A DNA stretch of 64,000 nucleotides, taken from Terriglobia bacterium. GTDB taxonomy: Bacteria > Acidobacteriota > Terriglobia > Versatilivoradales > Versatilivoraceae. Shown here piece after piece: positions 17,054 through 26,140 of this stretch (the stretch's first letter is position 1; the number at the start of each line of letters is the position of its first letter). The notes beneath the pieces were generated by a model. That model had not been told where the DNA came from. It made no database searches and worked only from the letters and a program-made list of their open reading frames with translations. The position numbers and the translations under genes are program-made. Location of the stretch: assembly GCA_965215235.1 (NCBI GenBank), contig OZ244053.1, forward strand, positions 4,844,760 to 4,908,759, in the 5' to 3' direction.

Positions 17054-17923
17054 TCAGCGGACGGGCGGAGTGCGACGGGAGGTGGGCCGCGGGAGCAGGT
17101 CCAACGGACTCGTGGTCGAGCAGATCGTGCGGGTCGCCATCCGCAGGTATTGCGCCGTCGTCCGTAGACTTCGGTGGCCGAGCAGGAGCTGAATCGTACG
17201 CAGGTCGGTGCCGGCCTCGAGGAGATGGACGGCGAAGGCATGGCGGAGCGAATGCGGCGAGACCGGCTTGGCGAGGCGCGCGCGTCGGGCGGCGCGCTGG
17301 CAGGCAAGGAGGACCGCCTTCGGCGTGATCGGCGCCTCCGGGCGGGCGCCGGGAAAGAGCCAATGCCGGGGCCGATCCACCTGCCACCAGGTGCGGAGGA
17401 CAGCCAACAGCTTCGGCGAGAGCATCACGTAGCGGTCCTTCTGGCCCTTTCCGTGCGCCACGCGCAGCACCATGCGCTTGCTGTCGATGGCGGACACGGT
17501 GAGGCGGACGGACTCGGAGATGCGCAGCCCGGCGGCGTAGCAGGTGGTCAGGATGGCGCGATGCTTGGCGGCCTGCACGCCGTCGAGGAACCGGGCCACC
17601 TCGTCCGGGCTTAGTACGACGGGCAAGGCTTGGGGCCGTTTGGGCTGGGGGATCACCTTGTCGAAGGTCCAGTTCCTCTTGAGCGTGATCCGATAGAGAA
17701 ACCGGAGCGCGGACACGACGACGACCAGCGAACTCGGCGCCAGATGCCGTTCGTTGGTCAGGTAGAGCTGGTAGGCGCGGATCTCCTCGCGACCCAGGCG
17801 AGACGGCGAGCGGCCGAAGTGGCGCGCGAATCGCGCGACGGCTCCGACGTACGTCTGTTGGGTTCCCGGCGACAGCCGCCGCACCTGCATGTCTTCGAGC
17901 ATGCGTTGACGGAGAGAGGTCAT
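17054..17923 (-). CDS. Tyrosine recombinase / phage-integrase-family protein, co-oriented with and 10 nt upstream of the IS91 transposase
   Basis: The 289-aa ORF carries ..AGLRISESVRL.., HSLRHAFAVHLLEAGTDLRTIQLLLGHRSLRTTAQYL (R..HxxR..Y catalytic pattern). Confidence 0.85.
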   Translation of the reverse strand: MTSLRQRMLEDMQVRRLSPGTQQTYVGAVARFARHFGRSPSRLGREEIRAYQLYLTNERHLAPSSLVVVVSALRFLYRITLKRNWTFDKVIPQPKRPQALPVVLSPDEVARFLDGVQAAKHRAILTTCYAAGLRISESVRLTVSAIDSKRMVLRVAHGKGQKDRYVMLSPKLLAVLRTWWQVDRPRHWLFPGARPEAPITPKAVLLACQRAARRARLAKPVSPHSLRHAFAVHLLEAGTDLRTIQLLLGHRSLRTTAQYLRMATRTICSTTSPLDLLPRPTSRRTPPVR

Positions 17924-18439
17924 CAGGCGCTCCTCTGCGTAGGGCCTGGGAGATTCCAGGCGCTCGCAGAGCAGCGTATGGCGCAGCTCAGGACGGGCTG
18001 TGGCAGGCGGGCGACCCGGCTGGACGCCTCAGTGCGGGGAGGTCGACTCAGCGTCTACCGCGAAGCGGTTTAGTGCAATCGGCGTTCAACTTCCTCCGAA
18101 AAACCCATTCACACAACAGTTCGCCGGGCACGATGTGGATGGGGCATCCTGCGACGTGCTGCGCGATGTGCTCAGCGACTACGCGATCGACGGAAGGCCG
18201 TTTCTCGTGCCGCGCTCCCGAGTTCGATAGCGTCGCGTAGCTCCACTCGCACGACCGCGCCAGGGTGAGTTCCGGGCTCCCGAGTCGTCCTCGGCCGTAA
18301 GCGTTCGGCGAACCCGGTATGGACGTGGGAGCGGGCCAACCGGACGCTGCCGTTGTCGACGGCCAGCACGGGTCGATGTCCCCTGCGCAGGGAAGACGCC
18401 CGGACCGGATCGGCTCGCTGTTCGAAGGTACTTGCCCGA

Positions 18440-18560
18440 CTGCCGCAACGCCGGTTACCGGCAGGACCGAACGGTTACCGAACGGTTACCCTCGGCCAGC
18501 CGTTACGGCCCGCTGAAATCCGTTTCAAAACGAGGGATGCAACGAGGGGAACAAGCGCCC
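18440..18560. other. Abrupt compositional boundary (very high GC on the left, moderate GC on the right) with a clustered GGTTACC motif
   Basis: GGTTACC occurs at 18453, 18473 and 18484, and CGTTACGG at 18501. There is a perfect tandem GAACGGTTACC x2 at 18469-18490. Base composition and codon style change within about 100 bp. Confidence 0.7.
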
Positions 18561-18631
18561 ACTCTGGGCACAAGTCTCATCATATCAATGCTTTACCTGA
18601 CTCCCGCATCGGAAGCCCTGTCAGCCATTCC

Positions 18632-19030
18632 ATGGTCACAAAATTTCGCACTCTTTCCCCGCATGACTCCTTGGGCCAAGCGGTCGACGAGGTTCTGGCA
18701 GGCTCGCAGCAAGACTTTCCGGTGGTTGAGGGCGGCAAGGTCGTGGGTGTCTTGACGCGGGCCGACCTGCTGGTCGCCTTGGCCAAGCAGGGCCTGGCCA
18801 CCTCGGTCTCCTCGGTGGTGCGGCGAGATTTTCAGATGGTGGAGGCTACGGAAATGTTGGAGCTGGCTTTTGTCAAACTGCAGAACTGCAAGTGCCGCAC
18901 CATGCCCGTGACTCGAAACGGCCGGCTGCTGGGCCTGCTGACCATGGAAAACGTCGGCGAATTCCTCAGCATACAGTCAGCGCTGAACCAGGCCAAGCGG
19001 GGTTTCAAGAATAGCGTCTTCGAATCCTGA
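18632..19030 (+). CDS. CBS-domain pair protein (standalone 132 aa, or a 5'-truncated remnant)
   Basis: MVTKFRTLSPHDSLGQAVDEVLAGSQQDFPVVEGGKVVGVLTRADLLVAL...VVRRDFQMVEATEMLELAFVKLQNCKCRTMPVTRNGRLLGLLTMENV gives two CBS motifs. The in-frame upstream part of track ORF 18353..19030 lies in the GC-rich foreign-looking DNA. Confidence 0.7.
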   Translation: MVTKFRTLSPHDSLGQAVDEVLAGSQQDFPVVEGGKVVGVLTRADLLVALAKQGLATSVSSVVRRDFQMVEATEMLELAFVKLQNCKCRTMPVTRNGRLLGLLTMENVGEFLSIQSALNQAKRGFKNSVFES

Positions 19031-19034
19031 TCGC

Positions 19035-20402
19035 TTAACCAACGCTGGCTGGCCTCACCTGCATCTCCAGACGGGATCCCCTCAGGACAGACTCGAAGAA
19101 CTCCGATAGGTGAAAGCCCCCGCCCCGGACTGGAACGCCCAAGCGTCTCTCCAGGTCGGTGCGGACCCAATCGTCCAGAAACAGGCCGTCCGCCCCGGTT
19201 ATTGACTCCGAGGGAATCACAACGAAATCTCCATGGACCCTCCCGTTCAGAGTCGCATGAATATCCGAGCCGGTGAGCAGCCCGGCCACGGTGATCCCAC
19301 CGCCAAAATAGCGGTTTTCCACCAGGTCGCACCGCAGGTCGGTCCCCAGAACCGCATTCATGGTCTCCGTGCAATCCTGCAGAATCGGATGAAAAATCTT
19401 TCCCGTCACCACGGTTCCACGAATAGGAGTGGGTAAGGGCTTCCATTCTCTATGGATCTGCTTCCGGAACTCATCCTTGAACCTCCGCACCATGCCCACT
19501 CCATTCTCAACGAGCGGAAAATCCCCATAATGAGAACGGGGAGGAATGGGATGGGAGGCCAGAATGTAGAACTCGTCTCCCAGAAAACAAAACGGCGTTC
19601 CATGAGACTCTCGAATGCGCTTCTGGATTTCAGAAACATGAGCAATGGTTGCCCGGGCATGCTCGGCATCGACCGGCGTCAGTTTGGGTAAGCCGCGGCG
19701 GTGATCCGTCAGTCCGACCGGGACGATCGACAGCGTCATGACGTGGGGATGGAACTGCAAGAGGTCATGAATACTTCTCTCCAGGTGGGCTCCGTCGTTG
19801 ATTCCCGGCATCAACACGATCTGGGTGTGAAGTTGGATGCCTCCTTGATTGAGGCGACGGATGTTTCCGAGCAAGTCGTCGGGTTGACGATTTTGCAGCA
19901 GATACTGGCGCAGCTTGGGCGCGGTGGCGTGAACGGAAACATACAGGGGTGAAAGACGCTGCTCAAAAATTCGCTGAAAGTCTTTTTCCGATAAGTTGGT
20001 GAGGGTCAGGTAGTGGCCGAACAGGAATGAGAGCCGGAAGTCTTCGTCTTTGACCCTCAAGGTGCGGCGAACCTGCTTGCCCCGGGGCAGTTGGTGAACA
20101 AAACAGAAGATGCAGTTGTTCTTACAGATCCGGGTTTGGATGGGCTCAAGCTCGAGACCCAGATCTTCGTCCTCCTCCTTTTCGATTTCAATCTCCCAAA
20201 GTTCCCCGGAGTTCTTGGCCAGCTTGAGACTTAAATCCTGCGAGACCTGGGAACTCAGGTAACGGTAGTCCAGAGCGTCTTCCACTTCGCGCTCGTTGAT
20301 GGCCAGCAGGCGGTCACCGGGCTCGATGCCGACCTCTTGGGCAATAGAGCCGTCTTCCACCTTCTCGACGGCGACCCCCAGGCTCGAAGATTCTTTGGAC
20401 AT
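19035..20402 (-). CDS. DUF512-family radical-SAM-like protein with N-terminal PDZ domain
   Basis: Start is ATG 20402 (MSKESSSLGVAVEKVEDGSIAQEVGIEPGDRLLAINE = PDZ-like). A CKNNCIFC (Cx3Cx2C) cluster motif is present, and ..LSIVPVGLTDHRRGLP.. is typical of DUF512. Upstream codons of the track ORF overlap pgsA. Confidence 0.8.
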   Translation of the reverse strand: MSKESSSLGVAVEKVEDGSIAQEVGIEPGDRLLAINEREVEDALDYRYLSSQVSQDLSLKLAKNSGELWEIEIEKEEDEDLGLELEPIQTRICKNNCIFCFVHQLPRGKQVRRTLRVKDEDFRLSFLFGHYLTLTNLSEKDFQRIFEQRLSPLYVSVHATAPKLRQYLLQNRQPDDLLGNIRRLNQGGIQLHTQIVLMPGINDGAHLERSIHDLLQFHPHVMTLSIVPVGLTDHRRGLPKLTPVDAEHARATIAHVSEIQKRIRESHGTPFCFLGDEFYILASHPIPPRSHYGDFPLVENGVGMVRRFKDEFRKQIHREWKPLPTPIRGTVVTGKIFHPILQDCTETMNAVLGTDLRCDLVENRYFGGGITVAGLLTGSDIHATLNGRVHGDFVVIPSESITGADGLFLDDWVRTDLERRLGVPVRGGGFHLSEFFESVLRGSRLEMQVRPASVG

Positions 20403-20433
20403 GGCGGAGGCACTGGGCCTGTTGTTTGCGGGC

Positions 20434-21006
20434 TCAGGCCGGCGACGTTCCCTCGGAGACCATTTTCTTTCCCCGGTAGGTGTAGTGGAGTCCGGAGAAG
20501 ACGGTGATAGCCCCAGTGAGCACATAGAGGCCGAACAACCACTGGGGAGTGGTCCCCAGGTAGTTGAAAAAAAGCACCAGCGTCAAGGTGATGATCTGAA
20601 CCAGCGTGGTGGCTTTTCCGAAGATCGAGGGAGGAAAATTTCGATGTCCCGTGCTCAACAAGATGATGAGAGTGCTCACGATCAGGAAGACATCGCGACT
20701 AATGACCAGGATGGTGAGCCAGAGCGGCAGCAGATTGGGCAGACCGAGACCTTTGACCGACAGGACAACGAAAGAGGTGGCCAGCAGTAACTTGTCGGCA
20801 ATCGGGTCCAGCATGGTGCCCAGGGAAGTTTTCTGATGCAACCACCGGGCCATCAGGCCATCCAGGCCATCTGTGACTCCAGCCAGGAGGAAAATAAAGA
20901 ACGCCCAACCCAGGTGGTTGTAGACCAGAAGAATCACAAACACCGGAATGAACGCCATCCTCAGAATGGTGATCTGGTTGGCGGGAGTGAGTAGCTGGGA
21001 GGGCAT
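20434..21006 (-). CDS. pgsA: CDP-diacylglycerol--glycerol-3-phosphate 3-phosphatidyltransferase (CDP-alcohol phosphatidyltransferase family)
   Basis: NQITILRMAFIPVF...AGVTDGLDGLMARWLHQKTSLGTMLDPIADKLL matches the DGx2ARx8Gx3Dx3D motif. The protein is ~190 aa with 4-5 TM segments. ATG 21006 is preferred over TTG 21024. Confidence 0.85.
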   Translation of the reverse strand: MPSQLLTPANQITILRMAFIPVFVILLVYNHLGWAFFIFLLAGVTDGLDGLMARWLHQKTSLGTMLDPIADKLLLATSFVVLSVKGLGLPNLLPLWLTILVISRDVFLIVSTLIILLSTGHRNFPPSIFGKATTLVQIITLTLVLFFNYLGTTPQWLFGLYVLTGAITVFSGLHYTYRGKKMVSEGTSPA

Positions 21007-21216
21007 GGCCGAGAGTCCGGGCAACCTGTCAAAACTCGCAATCTTATCGGTCAGTTCGAGAAGCTGTCAATTCATTTCCCTGCACCGGAATCAGTCGGCA
21101 GCCCGGGGTTCCACAGCCTTTGGACCAGCTGGAGGGCAGGACGTTGGTTCGCCGAAGATCTTGAGGAAAACGGACAACGAGGTTGCTGTTCCAGAGGGCC
21201 TCTGGTAGGGACAACG

Positions 21217-21291
<75 letters not shown>

Positions 21292-21581
21292 AAAGCCAAG
21301 TTGAAACCCTTGAGCGTGAATTTTAGCATGTCCTCTCCGATCCTGACAAGCTCAAAAAGCATGAACTCTATGAGTCTATGAGCGGCGCAAGCCGCGGCAG
21401 CAGGTAGCCGTGGGCGTCAGCCCATGGCAGGTGTGTCGAACGAACCTCCCAGCCGCGAAGCGGCGGCAGGACTTCGATACCGTGTGACGGCGCCGGCTCC
21501 GCTCGGGGGACCCCGATCAATCCTTTTCGCGTATTGCCTATTGCCGGACCCGATGTGGCTTCATTCCGTGAGAAATACGGG

Positions 21582-21962
21582 CTACCTGCAGTCTCGAGCC
21601 GGCGGCGCCGAGGGACGACTGAGAACGAACAGGGCAACGGCAAGGCTGATTAGGGTGAGCAGGGCTTGGAGATAGAAGGAGCGGACGACAAACAGCACAG
21701 TGTAGCCCACCAGCACGAACATGAGGAGCACTGAGGCGACCTTGGCCCTGAGACGGATAATCTGGCCGTTTTCCCAGTCTTTCAAGAGGGGGCCAAAACG
21801 CCGATGGGATCGCAACCAGCCGTGAATTCTGGGCGAACTTCTCGAGAAAAAGTAAGCGGCGAGCAGAACCAGAGGAGTTGTGGGAACCAACGGCAGGAAA
21901 ATTCCCACGAATCCAATCGCCAGCGCAACCAGTCCCAGCCAAAGATAAAGCGTTTTCACCAT
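21582..21962 (-). CDS. DUF454/YbaN-family small inner-membrane protein
   Basis: MVKTLYLWLGLVALAIGFVGIFLPLVPTTPLVLLAAYFFSRSSPRIHGWLRSHRRFGPLLKDWENGQII.. matches the conserved YbaN pattern (G..LP.lPTTPF.LLAA..F.rsSpr...WL). Confidence 0.8.
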   Translation of the reverse strand: MVKTLYLWLGLVALAIGFVGIFLPLVPTTPLVLLAAYFFSRSSPRIHGWLRSHRRFGPLLKDWENGQIIRLRAKVASVLLMFVLVGYTVLFVVRSFYLQALLTLISLAVALFVLSRPSAPPARDCR

Positions 21963-21993
21963 GATTCCAACTCTGGAATGCGGCACATCTCCG

Positions 21994-23514
21994 CTAGTCT
22001 CGCAGTCGAGCCCACACATTCCCCACCCCGACTGTGACCAAACAGCCAATCAGGGTGTGCCAGGTATAGTCGACTCGCGTCAACAGGAGGATCAGGGCCA
22101 TTGACAAAATCCCTGCCAGGAAACCCGCAAGGGCGTCGCCGCGTCCCGGTCGCTGGAACAGAAGGCCCAGGAAAAAAATTCCCAGCAAGCCTCCGTAGGT
22201 CACCGAGGCGATCCTCAGGCCTAGTTCGACGACGGGGTTTCGGGTGTCGGTGAAAAGCAACGCTCCCCCAATGAGCACCAGCCCCCAAAACAGGGTGAAG
22301 ATTCTCGACCAGCGCATTTCCTCTTTCGAGTTGACAACCTGAGCTCGCTTGGAAAGGCGGTAGAGGTCGAGATAGCTTGAAGAGGCCAGCGAGCTGATGG
22401 CTGAGGAGAGAGTTCCCATGGCGGAAGCCAGCACCCCGGCAACAACCAGGCCGGCAAGCCCGGTGGGTAGCTGCTCGACGATGAACTTCGGGAACACCTC
22501 GTCTGAACTCTTCAAGCCAAGCTCCTGAAAGGAGGCGCCCCCATAGAAGGCAAAGAGGCACAGCCCCAGAATCAGGAAAAAGGCGAACTGGAGCACAATG
22601 ACCACAGCATCCAAAAGCAAGGCCCGCTGGCTCTCCCGGGCATTCCGACATGCTAGGAGGCGTTGAACCAGAAGCTGGTCGGTACCGTGAGAGGCCATGG
22701 TGAGGAAGGTTCCTCCCAGTAGGCTTCCGGTCAAAGTGTAGGGCGAAGTCAGCCACTCTGCCAGACGCGCTCCTCCATAGGGGTTCATCACCGAGAGTTT
22801 GTCGGCGCCGACTGAGGTGCTGAAATACATGACATCCTCCCAACCGCGGGGCAGGTGATTCACAATCAGGAGCATGGCCACGCCTGCTCCAGCCAGATAG
22901 ATGAACATCTGAACCACGTCCATGGCCACCACTGCCTTGAGTCCCCCCATGTAGGTGTAGATGAGCGTAAAGGCTCCGATCAGGAGGATGCTGGCAGGGT
23001 AGCTCAGGCCGGTGATGACGTGTAGTGGAATAGCCGAGGCGAACAGACGCACCCCCGAGGCCAGGACGCGGGTGATGATGAAGACAGAGGAGGTCATCCG
23101 ACGCAGGGGCAAGCCAAATCGCTTGCCGATGAAATCATAGGCTGTTTCGAGATCGCCTCGGTAATAGGCCGGGATGAAGAAGATGCTGACCAGGCAACGA
23201 CCGACAAAGTAACCCAAGGCCAGTTGGAGGAAATGCAGGTTACCCTGGTAGGCCAGGCCGGGAACACTGATGAAGGTCAGGGTGCTGGTCTCGCTCGCCA
23301 CCACCGAGAAACCCACTGCCCACCAGGGGAGGGTTCTGCCGCCCAGAAAATAGTCGAGGGAAGATCGCTGTTTGCCGGCGATTCGGGTTCCGACCCCGGT
23401 GACGCCGATCAGGTAGATTGCAACGATGGAGTAATCGATCCAGTGGAAGCCCATAAACGGGGGAGAACCCGCAATCGTCGACTTCGCGGGAAATGGATGG
23501 TCGTAAGCTTCCAC
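21994..23514 (-). CDS. Sodium:solute symporter family (SSF) transporter
   Basis: The 506-aa ORF has ~13 hydrophobic helices and LGGRTLPWWAVGFSVVASETSTLTFISVPG, typical of SSF. Confidence 0.8.
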   Translation of the reverse strand: MEAYDHPFPAKSTIAGSPPFMGFHWIDYSIVAIYLIGVTGVGTRIAGKQRSSLDYFLGGRTLPWWAVGFSVVASETSTLTFISVPGLAYQGNLHFLQLALGYFVGRCLVSIFFIPAYYRGDLETAYDFIGKRFGLPLRRMTSSVFIITRVLASGVRLFASAIPLHVITGLSYPASILLIGAFTLIYTYMGGLKAVVAMDVVQMFIYLAGAGVAMLLIVNHLPRGWEDVMYFSTSVGADKLSVMNPYGGARLAEWLTSPYTLTGSLLGGTFLTMASHGTDQLLVQRLLACRNARESQRALLLDAVVIVLQFAFFLILGLCLFAFYGGASFQELGLKSSDEVFPKFIVEQLPTGLAGLVVAGVLASAMGTLSSAISSLASSSYLDLYRLSKRAQVVNSKEEMRWSRIFTLFWGLVLIGGALLFTDTRNPVVELGLRIASVTYGGLLGIFFLGLLFQRPGRGDALAGFLAGILSMALILLLTRVDYTWHTLIGCLVTVGVGNVWARLRD

Positions 23515-23575
23515 CTCCAGTGGCTTGACAACTGCGTCCTCGCCAAAGCCCCTGGATTGGCTTGGTGTGGATATC

Positions 23576-24907
23576 TTACCGGGACCACTGAGCGAACACC
23601 GCAGAGGCGGCAGCCACCGTCTCTTCGATGTCGGCGCGGGTATGAGCGGTCGAAAGGAATCCGGCTTCGAACTGACTCGGGGCCAAGTAAACTCCCTGTT
23701 TCAGCATGTCCCGAAAGAATCGTGAAAAGCGGTCAAGTTCAGCCTGCTTGGCTGAATGCCAATCGCTGACGGGTGATCCGGCGCCCTGGTCGGTTTGAGC
23801 GAATTCGCCCTCCGGATCCCTTGGAGTGAAGAAGAGAGTGAACATGCTGCCGACGTGGTTGGCATAGACCGAGACGCCGGCCGCGTTGGCCGCCCGAATC
23901 AGGCCGCCATGGAGTTGGTTGGCCAGGCTGTCGAGCAGCTCGTAGGTCCCGGGCCGCTTGAGAACTTTCAAGGTTTCAACTCCGGCCGTCACGGCCAGCG
24001 GGTTCCCCGACAGGGTGCCAGCCTGATAGACGGGTCCGGTTGGAGCCAACCGGCTCATGATTTCATCTCGACCCCCATAGGCGCCGACCGGGAGCCCGCC
24101 CCCAATGATCTTGCCCAGAATGGTCAGATCTGCCTTGACCCCAAAACATGCCTGGGCTCCCCCGTAGGCGATGCGAAAACCGGTCATAACTTCGTCAAAA
24201 ATCAGCAGGGTACCGTTCTCTCGGGTGATTTTGCGCAAACCCTCCAGGAATCCGGACTGAGGCGGCACACAACCCATGTTCCCGACGACCGGTTCCACGA
24301 TCACCGCTGCAATCTTGCCGGCATGACGGGAAAAAGCTTCCTGAACCGCTGCAAGCTGGTTGAAGGGGCAAGTCAGAGTCAACCGGGCCAGTTCCGAGGG
24401 AACCCCGGGACTATCCGGCAGCCCCAAGGTTGCGACTCCGGATCCCGCCTTCACCAACAGGCTGTCCCCATGGCCGTGGTAGCATCCCTCGAACTTCAAG
24501 ATCATCGGTCGATTCGTAAAGGCGCGGGCAAGCCGCAAGGCCGCCATGCTGGCTTCCGTTCCGGAGTTGGTGAGCCGCACTTTCTCCACTGATGGAAACG
24601 CCTCATTGATGAGCTCAGCCAACTCCACTTCTTTCTCGGTGGGGGCGCCGTAACTGGTGCCGGTTTCCAGGACGCCTCGGAGGGCCGTCATCACTTCCGG
24701 GTGACAGTGGCCCAGAATGAGCGGGCCCCAAGACCCCACGTAGTCGATGTATCCATGGCCGTCCACATCATAGATTCGCGACCCCTTGGCATGATCGATA
24801 AACAGCGGGTTGCCTCCGACGGCCTTGAAAGCTCTAGCGGGTGAGTTGACTCCCCCGGGGATGAACTTCTGAGCTTTCTCATAGAGTTGTTTCGACTTCT
24901 GGTACAC
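23576..24907 (-). CDS. hemL: Glutamate-1-semialdehyde 2,1-aminomutase
   Basis: Contains ..[60 protein letters not shown].. (PLP lysine motif). GTG 24907 ([12 protein letters not shown]) is preferred; the maximal ORF extends to 25009 and would overlap hemB. Confidence 0.9.
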   Translation of the reverse strand: MYQKSKQLYEKAQKFIPGGVNSPARAFKAVGGNPLFIDHAKGSRIYDVDGHGYIDYVGSWGPLILGHCHPEVMTALRGVLETGTSYGAPTEKEVELAELINEAFPSVEKVRLTNSGTEASMAALRLARAFTNRPMILKFEGCYHGHGDSLLVKAGSGVATLGLPDSPGVPSELARLTLTCPFNQLAAVQEAFSRHAGKIAAVIVEPVVGNMGCVPPQSGFLEGLRKITRENGTLLIFDEVMTGFRIAYGGAQACFGVKADLTILGKIIGGGLPVGAYGGRDEIMSRLAPTGPVYQAGTLSGNPLAVTAGVETLKVLKRPGTYELLDSLANQLHGGLIRAANAAGVSVYANHVGSMFTLFFTPRDPEGEFAQTDQGAGSPVSDWHSAKQAELDRFSRFFRDMLKQGVYLAPSQFEAGFLSTAHTRADIEETVAAASAVFAQWSR

Positions 24908-24954
24908 AATCCCTCCCTGGAATGAGTCGAGACTGGCTGGTCGATCCCGCCGAT

Positions 24955-25932
24955 CTAAGGTGGGCCTAGCCGCTGCGCCACCGCCTTGGCGAAGTAGGTA
25001 ATGATCCAATCGGCTCCCGCGCGTCGGATGCAGGTGAGCGATTCCATGATGGTCTGTTCTTCATCGAGCCAGCCGTTTCTGTGAGCGGCCACCAGGGAAG
25101 CATATTCGCCGCTAACCTGATAGGCAGCCACGGGCAGATTGAACTCGGTCTTGACTCGAAAGATGACGTCCAGATAAGGCATGGCAGGTTTGACCATCAC
25201 AATGTCCGCGCCTTCCTCAATATCCAGGGCGACTTCGCGCAGAGCCTCACGCTGATTGGCGGGGTCCATTTGATAGGAGCGACGGTCTCCAAATTGAGGC
25301 GCCGAGTTGGCCGCCTCGCGGAAGGGACCGTAGAACGCAGAAGCGTATTTGGCGGCGTAAGACAGGATCGGCGTCCTTTCAAATCCATGATCATCCAGCA
25401 GGTCTCGAATGGCCTCGACGCGGCCATCCATCATGTCTGAGGGAGCAATCAGGTCGGCGCCGGCCTGGGCATAGACCAGGGCTGTCCTGGCCAGGAGATC
25501 CAAGGTGGCGTCGTTGTCGACATCCCCTTGGCGGAGCCGGCCGCAGTGGCCGTGAGAGGTGTACTCGCAAAGACAGACATCCGTGATGACGAGCAGTTCC
25601 GGCTCGGCAGCCTTAACGGCCCGCACAGCCGTAGCAATGATGCCGTCCTCGGCGTAAGCTCCGCTCCCATCCTCATCCTTCGAAGCAGGAATCCCAAAGA
25701 GCAGGACGGCCGGGATTCCCAGGAAGTGAACGCGACGACATTCTTCCACCAGTTCATCGATGGAAAGGTTGTAGTTTCCCGGCATGGATGGAATCTCTCG
25801 CTTCACACCTTTGCCGGGACAAACGAAAAGAGGGTAGATGAGGCTAAGGGGGGACAGCCGGGTTTCGCACACCATGGCGCGCAGCCTCTCACTCGTCCGT
25901 AGGCGGCGCGGTCGATAGTAAGGCTTCGGCAC
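24955..25932 (-). CDS. hemB: Porphobilinogen synthase (delta-aminolevulinic acid dehydratase)
   Basis: The 325-aa ORF carries RPRRLR, the Zn-site [14 protein letters not shown], the Schiff-base Lys context [12 protein letters not shown], and YQVSGEYA. Confidence 0.95.
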   Translation of the reverse strand: MPKPYYRPRRLRTSERLRAMVCETRLSPLSLIYPLFVCPGKGVKREIPSMPGNYNLSIDELVEECRRVHFLGIPAVLLFGIPASKDEDGSGAYAEDGIIATAVRAVKAAEPELLVITDVCLCEYTSHGHCGRLRQGDVDNDATLDLLARTALVYAQAGADLIAPSDMMDGRVEAIRDLLDDHGFERTPILSYAAKYASAFYGPFREAANSAPQFGDRRSYQMDPANQREALREVALDIEEGADIVMVKPAMPYLDVIFRVKTEFNLPVAAYQVSGEYASLVAAHRNGWLDEEQTIMESLTCIRRAGADWIITYFAKAVAQRLGPP

Positions 25933-26140
25933 GAATCCTCCTGGAACAAAGGACGCCCTGATTGTAGCACAGGCCGGGACCTCTCAATGACTGCGGGCAC
26001 GTGCCATAATCCTCCGGCTCGATGGTGTTTCAGTGTAAGATAGCAGGAGCTTGAGGCAGCCACACTCAGTGGATCGGTCTTGTTATGGGCAGAAGGTCCT
26101 GAGCAATGGCTGCCGGACTCTTCGCCGCAATGGGAGGAGC

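Noticed and set aside
15912-17387. ORFs 15912..17387 (-, 491 aa) and 16046..17167 (+, 373 aa) overlapping the IS91 transposase and integrase
   Set aside because: They are alternative-frame or antisense translations of clearly identified genes, with Pro/Arg/Gly-rich content and no domain signatures.
18000-18448. ORFs 18000..18230 (+), 18172..18369 (-) and 18179..18448 (-) between the integrase and the compositional boundary
   Set aside because: They are short and mutually overlapping, with no recognisable domain. They may be remnants of whatever the IS91 element carried or disrupted.
21298-21581. GC-rich, partly self-complementary intergenic segment next to tRNA-Val, with ORF 21368..21643 (-) containing ..LRGWEVRSTHLPWADAHGYLLPRLAPL
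   Set aside because: I considered an ncRNA (SRP, 6S) or a REP-like element, and also a tRNA-adjacent integration scar. I could not match any known RNA consensus or find a second copy in the window. The peptide looks like the translation of a repeat rather than a gene.
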